Shown piece after piece: positions 44,370-53,097 of a stretch of DNA of 64,000 nt. The DNA lies in the IMG/VR virus record IMGVR_UViG_3300032030_000026, positions 1-64,000 of that record. One strand, given 5' to 3'. The notes beneath the pieces were generated by a model. That model was given only the letters and a program-made list of their open reading frames with translations, was not told the origin of the DNA and did no database searches. The number at the start of each line of letters is the position of its first letter. The stretch's first letter is position 1. Made by a program: the position numbers and the translations under genes. This DNA comes from a virus (lineage: Duplodnaviria > Caudoviricetes).

Positions 44370-44639
44370 ATGACTAATCAAGAATTATCTAGAATTATCA
44401 AAATATTCGCACTCACTACTCATTACGAGATGGATGAAATTCATCCTATTCCTAAAAATGAACTTAAAATCGGTCAAAGATACCTGGGAAGCTGCCGGAA
44501 TTCGGATATTGCTATCTGGAACGGAGAACAATTTGAATATCACAGATATAAATTTGGCGATTTCTTCCTCGAAAAAATCAACCACTTTGAAGATGATGAC
44601 GGATATGATTTATTCGTGCCTTTTATGAAAATGCCTTAA
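44370..44639 (+). CDS. hypothetical protein
   Basis: Y.G.CRN...A.W.G..F.Y.R.KFG...E.INHFEDDDGYDLFVP. Confidence 0.7.
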   Translation: MTNQELSRIIKIFALTTHYEMDEIHPIPKNELKIGQRYLGSCRNSDIAIWNGEQFEYHRYKFGDFFLEKINHFEDDDGYDLFVPFMKMP

Positions 44640-44711
44640 ACTTTAATAAATTTTTAAGTTTTTTCTATAACACATCTATAAAGAATTCTATATAAATACT
44701 TTATAAAATAC

Positions 44712-44739
44712 CTTAATAATTCTCTAAATCGATTATATA
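44712..44739 (+). promoter_or_regulatory. putative phage promoter
   Basis: CTTAAT-N12-CGATTATATA. Confidence 0.65.
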
Positions 44740-44793
44740 GTATCATAATGAAATCACGAAGGATTTCAATACTTCGTTAAGAGATATGATATT

Positions 44794-45708
44794 ATGATAC
44801 CATTTAATACAGTACGAAACTACTTGGAAATAACCCAGACCGACAAAGTCCGGACTTATAAATCCGGATTTTTTAACGTTTTGAAGCAATATTCCGAAGA
44901 AAATGGCGGAAAAACATCCCGGAATGGCCATAGAATTTACATTCCTTATACCAAAGGAATTGGAAATATTGATATATTCATCAATGACGGCGAATCCGGG
45001 TCACAATGGGATAAGTTCAGAAGCTTCTTATTAGGTACATATTATAGCAACGGATTAATATCTGAGCTCAATACAAACCAAGGCCGTAACACGGAAAATG
45101 TCAATTATATTACCGGAACCTATACGGTATCCTTCAAAGATATGAACGGGAATATGAAAACCGATATCCGGAAGATCGGCAAGCTCCTGGCAAAGAATAA
45201 TGTTGAATATGATGGAAAGCCGGCTTTAGATTGGTATAATGCCGACCCTATCCGATTGAAGAAGAAAATCGAGGCTTCGGATGATCTCATGATGGTAATA
45301 TCGGATCATGCCTATGACATTGCCGGAATGTCTACCGGAAGAGACTGGACCAGCTGTATGAACATCAAAAATGGGACAAATAAAGATTATGTCGAGAATG
45401 ATATAAGATATGGAACAATCATCGCCTACCTGTGTGAAGCATCGGATACCAATATCCGGAACCCATATGCCCGGATCTTAATCAAACCATATAAGCTCCA
45501 AAGAGAGGGTTATTGCGGGACCGACCCGGCTCCGATCATATACTATCCGGAGTCTACGGTGTATTCGGCATATGCCGGATTGAATGGGCTGGGTTGTGGT
45601 CTAGAAGAAATTTGCCGCAAAATCCAGAGCGGGAAAGGCAAACTCAGACCTATGAAGGATTTATATAATGACACATGGCATGGCAATAGAGGGGTCGTGG
45701 AATTTTAA
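44794..45708 (+). CDS. hypothetical protein
   Basis: 304 aa; YDIAGMSTGRDWTSCM, PYARILIKPY. Confidence 0.75.
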   Translation: MIPFNTVRNYLEITQTDKVRTYKSGFFNVLKQYSEENGGKTSRNGHRIYIPYTKGIGNIDIFINDGESGSQWDKFRSFLLGTYYSNGLISELNTNQGRNTENVNYITGTYTVSFKDMNGNMKTDIRKIGKLLAKNNVEYDGKPALDWYNADPIRLKKKIEASDDLMMVISDHAYDIAGMSTGRDWTSCMNIKNGTNKDYVENDIRYGTIIAYLCEASDTNIRNPYARILIKPYKLQREGYCGTDPAPIIYYPESTVYSAYAGLNGLGCGLEEICRKIQSGKGKLRPMKDLYNDTWHGNRGVVEF

Positions 45709-45717
45709 TTCGGACTT

Positions 45718-45745
45718 CTTAAGATTCTCTAAAATCGATTATATA
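45718..45745 (+). promoter_or_regulatory. putative phage promoter
   Basis: CTTAAG-N12-CGATTATATA. Confidence 0.7.
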
Positions 45746-45786
45746 ATATCATAAAAGAAAAATAGTAATATTAAAATCATAAAGAA

Positions 45787-46134
45787 ATGAAAGAAACCAA
45801 ATTTTACACAAACCTTGAAAAGAAAACCGTTGTCTGCGTTATCACCATTCATGATGATTACTTTGGAGAGATTCACAGATTCGAAGGTAAAGCCAAGTGT
45901 TCCCCCGACGACAATTTCGATGAAGCTATTGGCCGCGAGATTGCCCAGAACCGGGCCTTCATCAAGATGAAAACCCATTTTAAAAATCTTAAGAAATCAA
46001 TTCGCTTGTCCGTAGCTAATCGGATCAAAGAGCTTATGAAGTATGGTGCAAAGGTCACAGCCGGCATTCTCCGGAACGAGAGCGAGATTAATACGGCTAA
46101 AGCTCGTATTCGCGAGCTCGGAACCTCAAAATAG
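45787..46134 (+). CDS. small phage protein with G.AKC.P.D.FD...G..IA motif
   Basis: GKAKCSPDDNFDEAIGREIAQNRA. Confidence 0.7.
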   Translation: MKETKFYTNLEKKTVVCVITIHDDYFGEIHRFEGKAKCSPDDNFDEAIGREIAQNRAFIKMKTHFKNLKKSIRLSVANRIKELMKYGAKVTAGILRNESEINTAKARIRELGTSK

Positions 46135-46205
46135 ACACCGGTTTTTGTAATATTTATCTCTTATATCCTCGAAAGGCTTCTCCGGAAGCCTTTTATTTTT
46201 TATAC

Positions 46206-46448
46206 ATGAATATACAAGACAACGGAACATATACCAATAATTATTATATCTGGGAGCGCAAGCTGCATCAGCCATATGATTATGAACATAATGGGCTGAT
46301 TAATAGAATAATGTCCCATAAGATATACGAGACAACCAATCCATTTTTGAAATACATAACAGAGATCTATGAAAGATCTTTGGTGTATTGTATGAAGTAT
46401 GCCGATCTCTTGGCAAACTTTATAAACTATAATAAGTGGAATCGTTAA
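46206..46448 (+). CDS. hypothetical protein
   Basis: 80-aa ORF after TATTTTTTATA. Confidence 0.55.
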   Translation: MNIQDNGTYTNNYYIWERKLHQPYDYEHNGLINRIMSHKIYETTNPFLKYITEIYERSLVYCMKYADLLANFINYNKWNR

Positions 46449-47458
46449 TGGAAAGAAGATTGGAGTATATCACTATAGATTATAATAAAGACACGGAGGA
46501 TTTTATAGAATTCTATAAGAGTTATGACACTCTGGAGCATGATGGGTGGTACTTTAATTTAAATACGTTCTTTATAAACGGAATAGTATTAAATTTTGAA
46601 GTATATTATCGTCCCAAATACAAGAGACTTGTATATTGCAATTATCAAAAACTAAGGCTCATAGGGTCCGCGATACATTATAAATCCATGATGTGGGCGC
46701 TTGCCGGGTTTGATTATATATGGGATTATCAAAACAATGATCTTGAAGACTGGAAACCCGAATTACAATCTAAAATCATTCGGTATACTGAGGCTCCGAA
46801 GAACATGCATGATAAGTTCGATAATTATGAAATGAGTTTTATAACATGTCTCCCGGGAAGCCCTTTGAGAAAAAATCCAAATTTCAATATTCATCCGCAA
46901 TCCCATATTCTAACAAATGTCAAATTCTGGATTAATGATCATGATCCGGATTTAGATAAAGTCACCGTATACCCATTTTCCGGCTTTGGCCCGGGCACTT
47001 GGATCATGAATGATTGTAATCATATGATGAATAGAGTATCTCAAACCGCTCGAGAATATGAGCACTTGAATAATCCCAAAGTATCAGACCGGATAAAGGG
47101 CAAAGGAAGCATATACATAGGAGCGGATGTATGGATAGGCAAAGATTGTCATATTGTATCCGGTGCAAGCATCGGTCATGGTGCGACCATAGGTATGGGA
47201 TCTATAGTGACCGGAAAGATTCCTCCATATGCTATAGCATGCGGATGTCCGGCTAAGATCATTAAATATAGATTTCCGCGGTGGATAAGAAATGCTCTTC
47301 TAGATATTGCCTGGTGGGACTGGCCGCTTTGGAAGATATATGATAACCTGGATAAAATCGAATCCGACAATATCATCGGATTTATAGAAACATTCGGAAG
47401 CCTTCCAAAATGGAAATTAAAAATGCATAAATTTTTCTACAGGGTAATCGGGAAATAA
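46448..47458 (+). CDS. hexapeptide-repeat O-acetyltransferase (CatB/Vat-like C-terminal domain)
   Basis: IGADVWIG, IGHGATIG, IPPYAI..G.PAKIIKYRF, IAWWDW. Confidence 0.8.
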   Translation: MERRLEYITIDYNKDTEDFIEFYKSYDTLEHDGWYFNLNTFFINGIVLNFEVYYRPKYKRLVYCNYQKLRLIGSAIHYKSMMWALAGFDYIWDYQNNDLEDWKPELQSKIIRYTEAPKNMHDKFDNYEMSFITCLPGSPLRKNPNFNIHPQSHILTNVKFWINDHDPDLDKVTVYPFSGFGPGTWIMNDCNHMMNRVSQTAREYEHLNNPKVSDRIKGKGSIYIGADVWIGKDCHIVSGASIGHGATIGMGSIVTGKIPPYAIACGCPAKIIKYRFPRWIRNALLDIAWWDWPLWKIYDNLDKIESDNIIGFIETFGSLPKWKLKMHKFFYRVIGK

Positions 47459-47493
47459 ACTTTATGTTTTTTGCGCGTTTTTATGCGATATAA

Positions 47494-47546
47494 CAAGCGA
47501 TCTCTCTTGATACAATATAACTATTCATTCAAGAAAAGATCGCTTG
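47494..47546. repeat. intergenic palindromic element (CGATC family)
   Basis: CAAGCGATCTCTCTTGA / TCAAGAAAAGATCGCTTG. Confidence 0.7.
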
Positions 47547-47561
47547 AATTTGATATGGTTT

Positions 47562-49286
47562 TTATGGCCTATGCCCGGTAGTAGTATTTGTATTATTGTT
47601 TCCGGATAAATTAGATCCTATAGAAGAACCGGATAATGGTTTGGTCCATCCTCGCATAGCCGCTCTAGCATCTCGAATCGTATTATGGACTGCATTAGAG
47701 CCTCGATTGATAGCATTATCCACGGGCTTTAGTGTTTTGTTGGCTAATTTTCTGCCCATTCTATGTGCAAATGAATTCGGATCCGGTATGATAGATCCCC
47801 AATATAAATTTCCCATAGTAATCTTAGCAAGCTCACTGTTGATTTTAGAATTAACATATCCCCGTGCGGTATCCGTCGCTCCTTTTAAAAAGTCTCTAGC
47901 TAGGCCCCCAACAATTCCGAGATTATATTTATCATCGATGTTTTGGCTATCTTTTGTGGGTATATTTGGGCTTCGGCTTATATTTCCCGAGATCGAAGCC
48001 ATGTTATATCGGGAGGCTATATTAGTGTTTCCGGGTAGTGGCGTAAGTGCCGAGTCCGCTAGTATAAGTTTACCTTCTACATCTCTTAATGCGACTTCGT
48101 CTTTCCGCATGTTTTCATCCATCATGGCCTGATACTCATTCAGCGCATCATTTGGATCCGGTGTGGTATATAATTCGGTTAATGTTGTTTCACCGGTCTC
48201 CGGGTCCGTCCCTTCGAATAAAAATGGAATTTCTTCACCACGCTGATCTTTATATGACTTATATTTCTCAATAGCGCCTTCAAGTTCTTTTGACCCATAA
48301 ACGGTATCCGCCTCACCCCACACATTTTCTTTACTTTGCCGGTCTTCTTTATCCATGTCCATGAATATATAATCTCCAATTATCCGATTTAAAGTATCAT
48401 TAAATCTTTGTTCTATCACATTTTTAAAAGTGATTTTAATCTCATGAGACATACCGAACGGCTCATCAGATTTGACTTCGGTATATGCACTGGCGGCGGA
48501 ATTGGCATCTATTTCACATCCCTGCAGCTCTATAAGTTTGGCCGAAGAAAATATATTCCCGGATCCATCCGACCATTCCCGGTAGCTAGGAATCTCAAAT
48601 GTAACCTCCGGATCACCCATATCCGTCAGGGACACTGGCGGACGCCCGTTCAATCCATGTCTTTCTTTCTCCCTATCCACATCGCCATATCCATAATGAA
48701 CATATGCTAATGGTGTGTTGATGATATATATAGACATATCGAATCTTCGGAGATTGGCGGGTAATATTTCCTTGTGCTGAATTTTAGAAAACGCCACTGC
48801 TTTATATAAATCTAAAAGAGTAGATATGCGGTTATCATAAGAATCTTCAAGTGTTTTAATGGTTATGGATCTGGGTTCTTCGTCTATCTTGAACTCTCCG
48901 GTATATTCCGATCTTTGCAGAGCGTCTTGCAGTCCGTCTATACTCTGAAAATACCAAGGAGAATATGTGTTTATATTTGAAAGCAATGTTACAAAATCAT
49001 CTAACATCTGCTTTCTCTGCATCTCACCATTCACATATAAATAACTAGTAGCCGTATTGGTGTTTTCCGTATAAGTTAACCTAGTAGAATCGAAATCTAT
49101 AAATTCTCGCCCGGTATTCAATAATCCATATCCGGTATTGAAATGGAAAAATATTCTAAAATATAGACTTGCCGGAGTTTCTAAACGATTAAACTCGTCC
49201 GCAAAAGTATCCGAATGTCCACCTGAGCGCCGGAATGCTTCTCGAAGCTGATATATGCTATTATATGATTTTATATTTTCTTGCAT
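47562..49286 (-). CDS. probable tail or baseplate structural protein
   Basis: 574 aa; operon with hub-like and gp53-like genes; PWYFQSI.GL, ILPANLRRFDM. Confidence 0.55.
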   Translation of the reverse strand: MQENIKSYNSIYQLREAFRRSGGHSDTFADEFNRLETPASLYFRIFFHFNTGYGLLNTGREFIDFDSTRLTYTENTNTATSYLYVNGEMQRKQMLDDFVTLLSNINTYSPWYFQSIDGLQDALQRSEYTGEFKIDEEPRSITIKTLEDSYDNRISTLLDLYKAVAFSKIQHKEILPANLRRFDMSIYIINTPLAYVHYGYGDVDREKERHGLNGRPPVSLTDMGDPEVTFEIPSYREWSDGSGNIFSSAKLIELQGCEIDANSAASAYTEVKSDEPFGMSHEIKITFKNVIEQRFNDTLNRIIGDYIFMDMDKEDRQSKENVWGEADTVYGSKELEGAIEKYKSYKDQRGEEIPFLFEGTDPETGETTLTELYTTPDPNDALNEYQAMMDENMRKDEVALRDVEGKLILADSALTPLPGNTNIASRYNMASISGNISRSPNIPTKDSQNIDDKYNLGIVGGLARDFLKGATDTARGYVNSKINSELAKITMGNLYWGSIIPDPNSFAHRMGRKLANKTLKPVDNAINRGSNAVHNTIRDARAAMRGWTKPLSGSSIGSNLSGNNNTNTTTGHRP

Positions 49287-49288
49287 AA

Positions 49289-50692
49289 CTAATTCTTTTC
49301 TATTTCTTCTTTAATAGGAGTATTATATTTTTCTATTTCCGACCCATCCCGAGATAATAAAAACTCCTGAGACCATTGGAATTGGGTGTGATAATAAAAA
49401 GACATCTCACTTATATAATATTGCCCGGATATCATTTTATTGATAACCCATCCGCCAACGTTATCCATGATTATAGATTCGGGCAAATCTATATTGGAAG
49501 ACACTTCACTATTAGCGGCATCCGTAATGGGTCCGGTAACATAATTATTCTCGTCATACCACCATAGATTAGCTTTACCTCCCTGTACAAGTCCTAGAGT
49601 CGGTATGTTTATAGATACCCGTATTGTTTGTGCATCTATTTTAGATAACATCATATCCTTAGCAGCGTTTCTAGCAAGATAATCATAGTCGCCAAAAAAT
49701 TCTCCTCCATAAACATACGATTTTTGAAGATTATCTTTTACATCACCATTTTCAATAAGCGTGGTGGTTTGTTGAAGGTTATCCATAGAATATGTGTCGA
49801 ATATCTGATCCGTAGACCCCGTCTGTAAAAATTCCGGTATATAATTGTTTATATATAATTGAGAGTTTCTTAAAATTGGGTTGTTATTAAACGCGGCTAT
49901 CATTTTGACCGGCTTCTGGGTATTATCATCTCCGCCTATGCTAGGTGAATTGTCTACCGTCCAGATCTGCAATTTTTCCTCCGGGACTTTTTCATGATAT
50001 TCGGTATATTTGTCTACTAACACCAGATTATTCCAGTAATCTATCCACCAATCAAATATGGATTCTTTAGTTTTATTGTGCGCATAAGATACGGTGCTGC
50101 TAATATGATCGACAATATTCTTCATGGGATTATATATGTATCTCTTATCATCGGTGTCCGTTATGTTAGATGCAAATCCCAGGCCAAATTCCCTGGCGGT
50201 CATTTCCATGAATTCATATGTTGTGATTTCCCCATATGCCCTCATTTCGTGATCCCATAAATTGGGTATATGATAAGAGGCGGACATGGATATGATACTT
50301 CCGTTTATATTCACGGATTCAATATAAAATAGCAAATTTATTTTTTTGTATGCACCCTCAAACGGAGGCAATATTTGTAGTTGCAGCGAGTTATCCCAAG
50401 ATGGAGTATCTAGATTTTTAATCAATCCGAGTTGATCGTCAATGGTGATGTCTAATCTCGGAACTTGATTTATATATAAATGCATATCTACTATTTCCGT
50501 GAAAAAAATCGTTTGATTACACATTCTCACCAGAGGCACCATAACACCATCTACTTTGGTCTGTTTCAAGACAGTAGTATCTCCATCGGAGCCGAATTCT
50601 ATTCCACGAGGGTCGGCTTCGTAGTCCTCCGAGTAAATGGGCATCTTGATGTCAGGTAATATTAGTGTGGGGTCAAAGCGTACTTCTATCAT
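49289..50692 (-). CDS. probable baseplate hub protein
   Basis: 467 aa; SGQYYISEM.FYY near C-terminus; follows gp53-like gene. Confidence 0.55.
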   Translation of the reverse strand: MIEVRFDPTLILPDIKMPIYSEDYEADPRGIEFGSDGDTTVLKQTKVDGVMVPLVRMCNQTIFFTEIVDMHLYINQVPRLDITIDDQLGLIKNLDTPSWDNSLQLQILPPFEGAYKKINLLFYIESVNINGSIISMSASYHIPNLWDHEMRAYGEITTYEFMEMTAREFGLGFASNITDTDDKRYIYNPMKNIVDHISSTVSYAHNKTKESIFDWWIDYWNNLVLVDKYTEYHEKVPEEKLQIWTVDNSPSIGGDDNTQKPVKMIAAFNNNPILRNSQLYINNYIPEFLQTGSTDQIFDTYSMDNLQQTTTLIENGDVKDNLQKSYVYGGEFFGDYDYLARNAAKDMMLSKIDAQTIRVSINIPTLGLVQGGKANLWWYDENNYVTGPITDAANSEVSSNIDLPESIIMDNVGGWVINKMISGQYYISEMSFYYHTQFQWSQEFLLSRDGSEIEKYNTPIKEEIEKN

Positions 50693-50694
50693 GA

Positions 50695-51150
50695 TTAGTA
50701 TATTATAACGCGATTTGTTTTATCTATCTTGAATCTTGAGTCTCCGATAATGGCCTCATTTGGTGCTCTCTTTTCCTTAGGCTTTTTATATGATGGCTTA
50801 TTGTTCCATACATCATCTTCACTATCTTCTATATTTTCTTCTTTATCCGCCTGAATTAAAAATTTATCCATATCCTGTATTTCCGGAACATATAATATCA
50901 TACCTTCGTTTAATTCAAACGGATTTTGTATGCCATTAATGCGGCATATAACATCACCATATATGGTTGTGCCATATATAGATTTTGAGACCAAATCCGG
51001 TCTTGCTATGTGTTCGGGAGATACTTCTACAGCCCGGTATGAGAAATTATCCGGCAATACGAAAGATTCTCCAAAAAAATCCATCATATTTTCCTGGAAT
51101 CTTTTTGAGAATCGGATTTGCTTATTTGTCAGTATAGAATTGATTAACAT
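50695..51150 (-). CDS. baseplate wedge protein, T4 gp53-like (LysM-like)
   Basis: RPDLVSKSIYG...ICRINGIQNPFELNEGMILYVP. Confidence 0.85.
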   Translation of the reverse strand: MLINSILTNKQIRFSKRFQENMMDFFGESFVLPDNFSYRAVEVSPEHIARPDLVSKSIYGTTIYGDVICRINGIQNPFELNEGMILYVPEIQDMDKFLIQADKEENIEDSEDDVWNNKPSYKKPKEKRAPNEAIIGDSRFKIDKTNRVIIY

Positions 51151-51297
51151 ATCTCTTGATTTATGTTATAAAAAATAAACCCGGATATGTGTGAGAATAA
51201 GATTATTCCTCCCGAATAAGATCTCTTAAACGAATGTCAATTTCTAAAGTGCCTACCGGAAAATCAACAATTTCTTGAGGAGATGCTCCTTCTGTAA

Positions 51298-51630
51298 TCA
51301 TATATTCATTTCATTTATTGTCTCTATAAATTGATCCAATGAATCAACCATTATTGTTATACTTCTCAAGCCATCACCCTGATATACTCTTACATCCCAC
51401 TCGGTAAGCTCTTTGAGTTCGGATCCATCCGAATTTGATATCCATCCATCCCCAGTGTATTCAATCTCTTTTTTTATAGTCACCTGAGGAGTATCTACTC
51501 TTCTACCATTTACTATCATAGCATTTGGAGTAAACTTATCAATTTTTACGTGATATCCCGCCCAGCAATCATCTATTATCTCTCTAGACCAGCCGGACGT
51601 TTCAAGCCATTTGTATATATCTTCTATCAT
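51298..51630 (-). CDS. hypothetical protein
   Basis: 110-aa ORF. Confidence 0.6.
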   Translation of the reverse strand: MIEDIYKWLETSGWSREIIDDCWAGYHVKIDKFTPNAMIVNGRRVDTPQVTIKKEIEYTGDGWISNSDGSELKELTEWDVRVYQGDGLRSITIMVDSLDQFIETINEMNI

Positions 51631-51727
51631 AAATGTAGTTTGAACGTATTTAAATATACAAATAAAGTGATAAATTTACATGTTAAAAAATTAAAAACCT
51701 GTTTTATAAAAAAAAAGAGGTTCGGCT

Positions 51728-51937
51728 TTATAAGAACTCGAACCTCAGATCATTAGTATTGCTACCCACCTTTGATATCTTTCCGTTGTCTAGAGTGACA
51801 TAAAATATAGTTTCACCATTATGCCATTCTATATCGGAGACGAACCCGGAGACATCTATTGGTATGATACAGTCCGCCACAAATCGGATTTTTTTATTTA
51901 AAAATTCTTTTTTAATAAAATCTTTCCAGCTTACCAT
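51728..51937 (-). CDS. hypothetical protein
   Basis: 69-aa ORF overlapping the upstream stop. Confidence 0.55.
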   Translation of the reverse strand: MVSWKDFIKKEFLNKKIRFVADCIIPIDVSGFVSDIEWHNGETIFYVTLDNGKISKVGSNTNDLRFEFL

Positions 51938-52878
51938 CTCATCTTTTCATACAAATAAGTACTCCAATCCAAAAACGCCGAAGATATAAAGTTCCGATTA
52001 CCGGACACATTATCTTCTATTATATATCCCAGTGCCTGAGAAAGTCTTTTTAGGATGTTAGTCATAGTGACCTGCTCATTAACATCAATATTCACACAAG
52101 TGCAATCCGCAAAATTATTATATAGCGAGACTGATGCTAAAGGCAAGCCAACTTTAATAATATTATCAATATATTTTTTCATCTCCTCACAGATTTCTAC
52201 CTGACCCAGCCAATAAGTAATATCCGAAAATATCTCGATCATATACTTATACATATTATGGCGATATATCAGGAGAGGGTCGCATACGGAAAGGATATCG
52301 GCGGTATAATTAACGGAACCATTAGCACACCCGCATCCCGATTGTTTGGATATGCTGTTTATATCCACATAGCTGTTAAATTTCATAAGAGATTTTATTA
52401 CCTGATCATACATCTCTTGTATGTAATATTGGAGCATATATCGGAGTTTATCGGGATCTTTAGACCAATCATCTATCCAGGTGTCGTTTGCGCACAACAC
52501 TTCAGCCAGCCAGGTGCGGAATCTTTTCAGTTCTTCTAAGGTGATATCATCATCCGTGACAAATTCGTTGAGATATAAGTATTTTTGGAGATTTTCAAAA
52601 TCTTCCACATACGAAGCATAATCTTCAAATAACACATAATCAACGTTTCTAGTCAGCTGGAATGTTTCTTCGCCAATTTCAAAAATCAGCTTGCCGGTTG
52701 GCATTTCGCCGAGTTGTATGCGTTCTAATTCTATGATGTGCTGAACCGTATCCGTAAGGCCATGCACTCCTAGTGGAATCACATAAATATAGTTTACGGC
52801 CAATGCATACTTGCCTTTTAGATTGTCATTGAAAAACTCGGATTCTGTTATGTTGTCTTTAAATTTTACTATATTCAT
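51931..52878 (-). CDS. hypothetical protein
   Basis: 315-aa ORF. Confidence 0.7.
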   Translation of the reverse strand: MNIVKFKDNITESEFFNDNLKGKYALAVNYIYVIPLGVHGLTDTVQHIIELERIQLGEMPTGKLIFEIGEETFQLTRNVDYVLFEDYASYVEDFENLQKYLYLNEFVTDDDITLEELKRFRTWLAEVLCANDTWIDDWSKDPDKLRYMLQYYIQEMYDQVIKSLMKFNSYVDINSISKQSGCGCANGSVNYTADILSVCDPLLIYRHNMYKYMIEIFSDITYWLGQVEICEEMKKYIDNIIKVGLPLASVSLYNNFADCTCVNIDVNEQVTMTNILKRLSQALGYIIEDNVSGNRNFISSAFLDWSTYLYEKMRW

Positions 52879-52880
52879 AT

Positions 52881-53078
52881 CTACAGTTGATTTAATAAAT
52901 AATGCTTGAGACTCATGGATTCCTTTAAGACCATAAACTCTTTGATTTCCTGATCGGTCATATCTCCATCCGCTATATTCAATACTTCTTTAGATACTTT
53001 AGATCTTTCCAATTCTCCTTTTCGGACGGCCCAAGCCATACGGAAAAGTCTTTGTTGTGATTTTGATTTACTTGGCAT
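52881..53078 (-). CDS. DUF3008-like small protein
   Basis: MPSKSKSQQRLF.MA.AVRKGE. Confidence 0.7.
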   Translation of the reverse strand: MPSKSKSQQRLFRMAWAVRKGELERSKVSKEVLNIADGDMTDQEIKEFMVLKESMSLKHYLLNQL

Positions 53079-53097
53079 AATTCGCTATAATTTTTTT

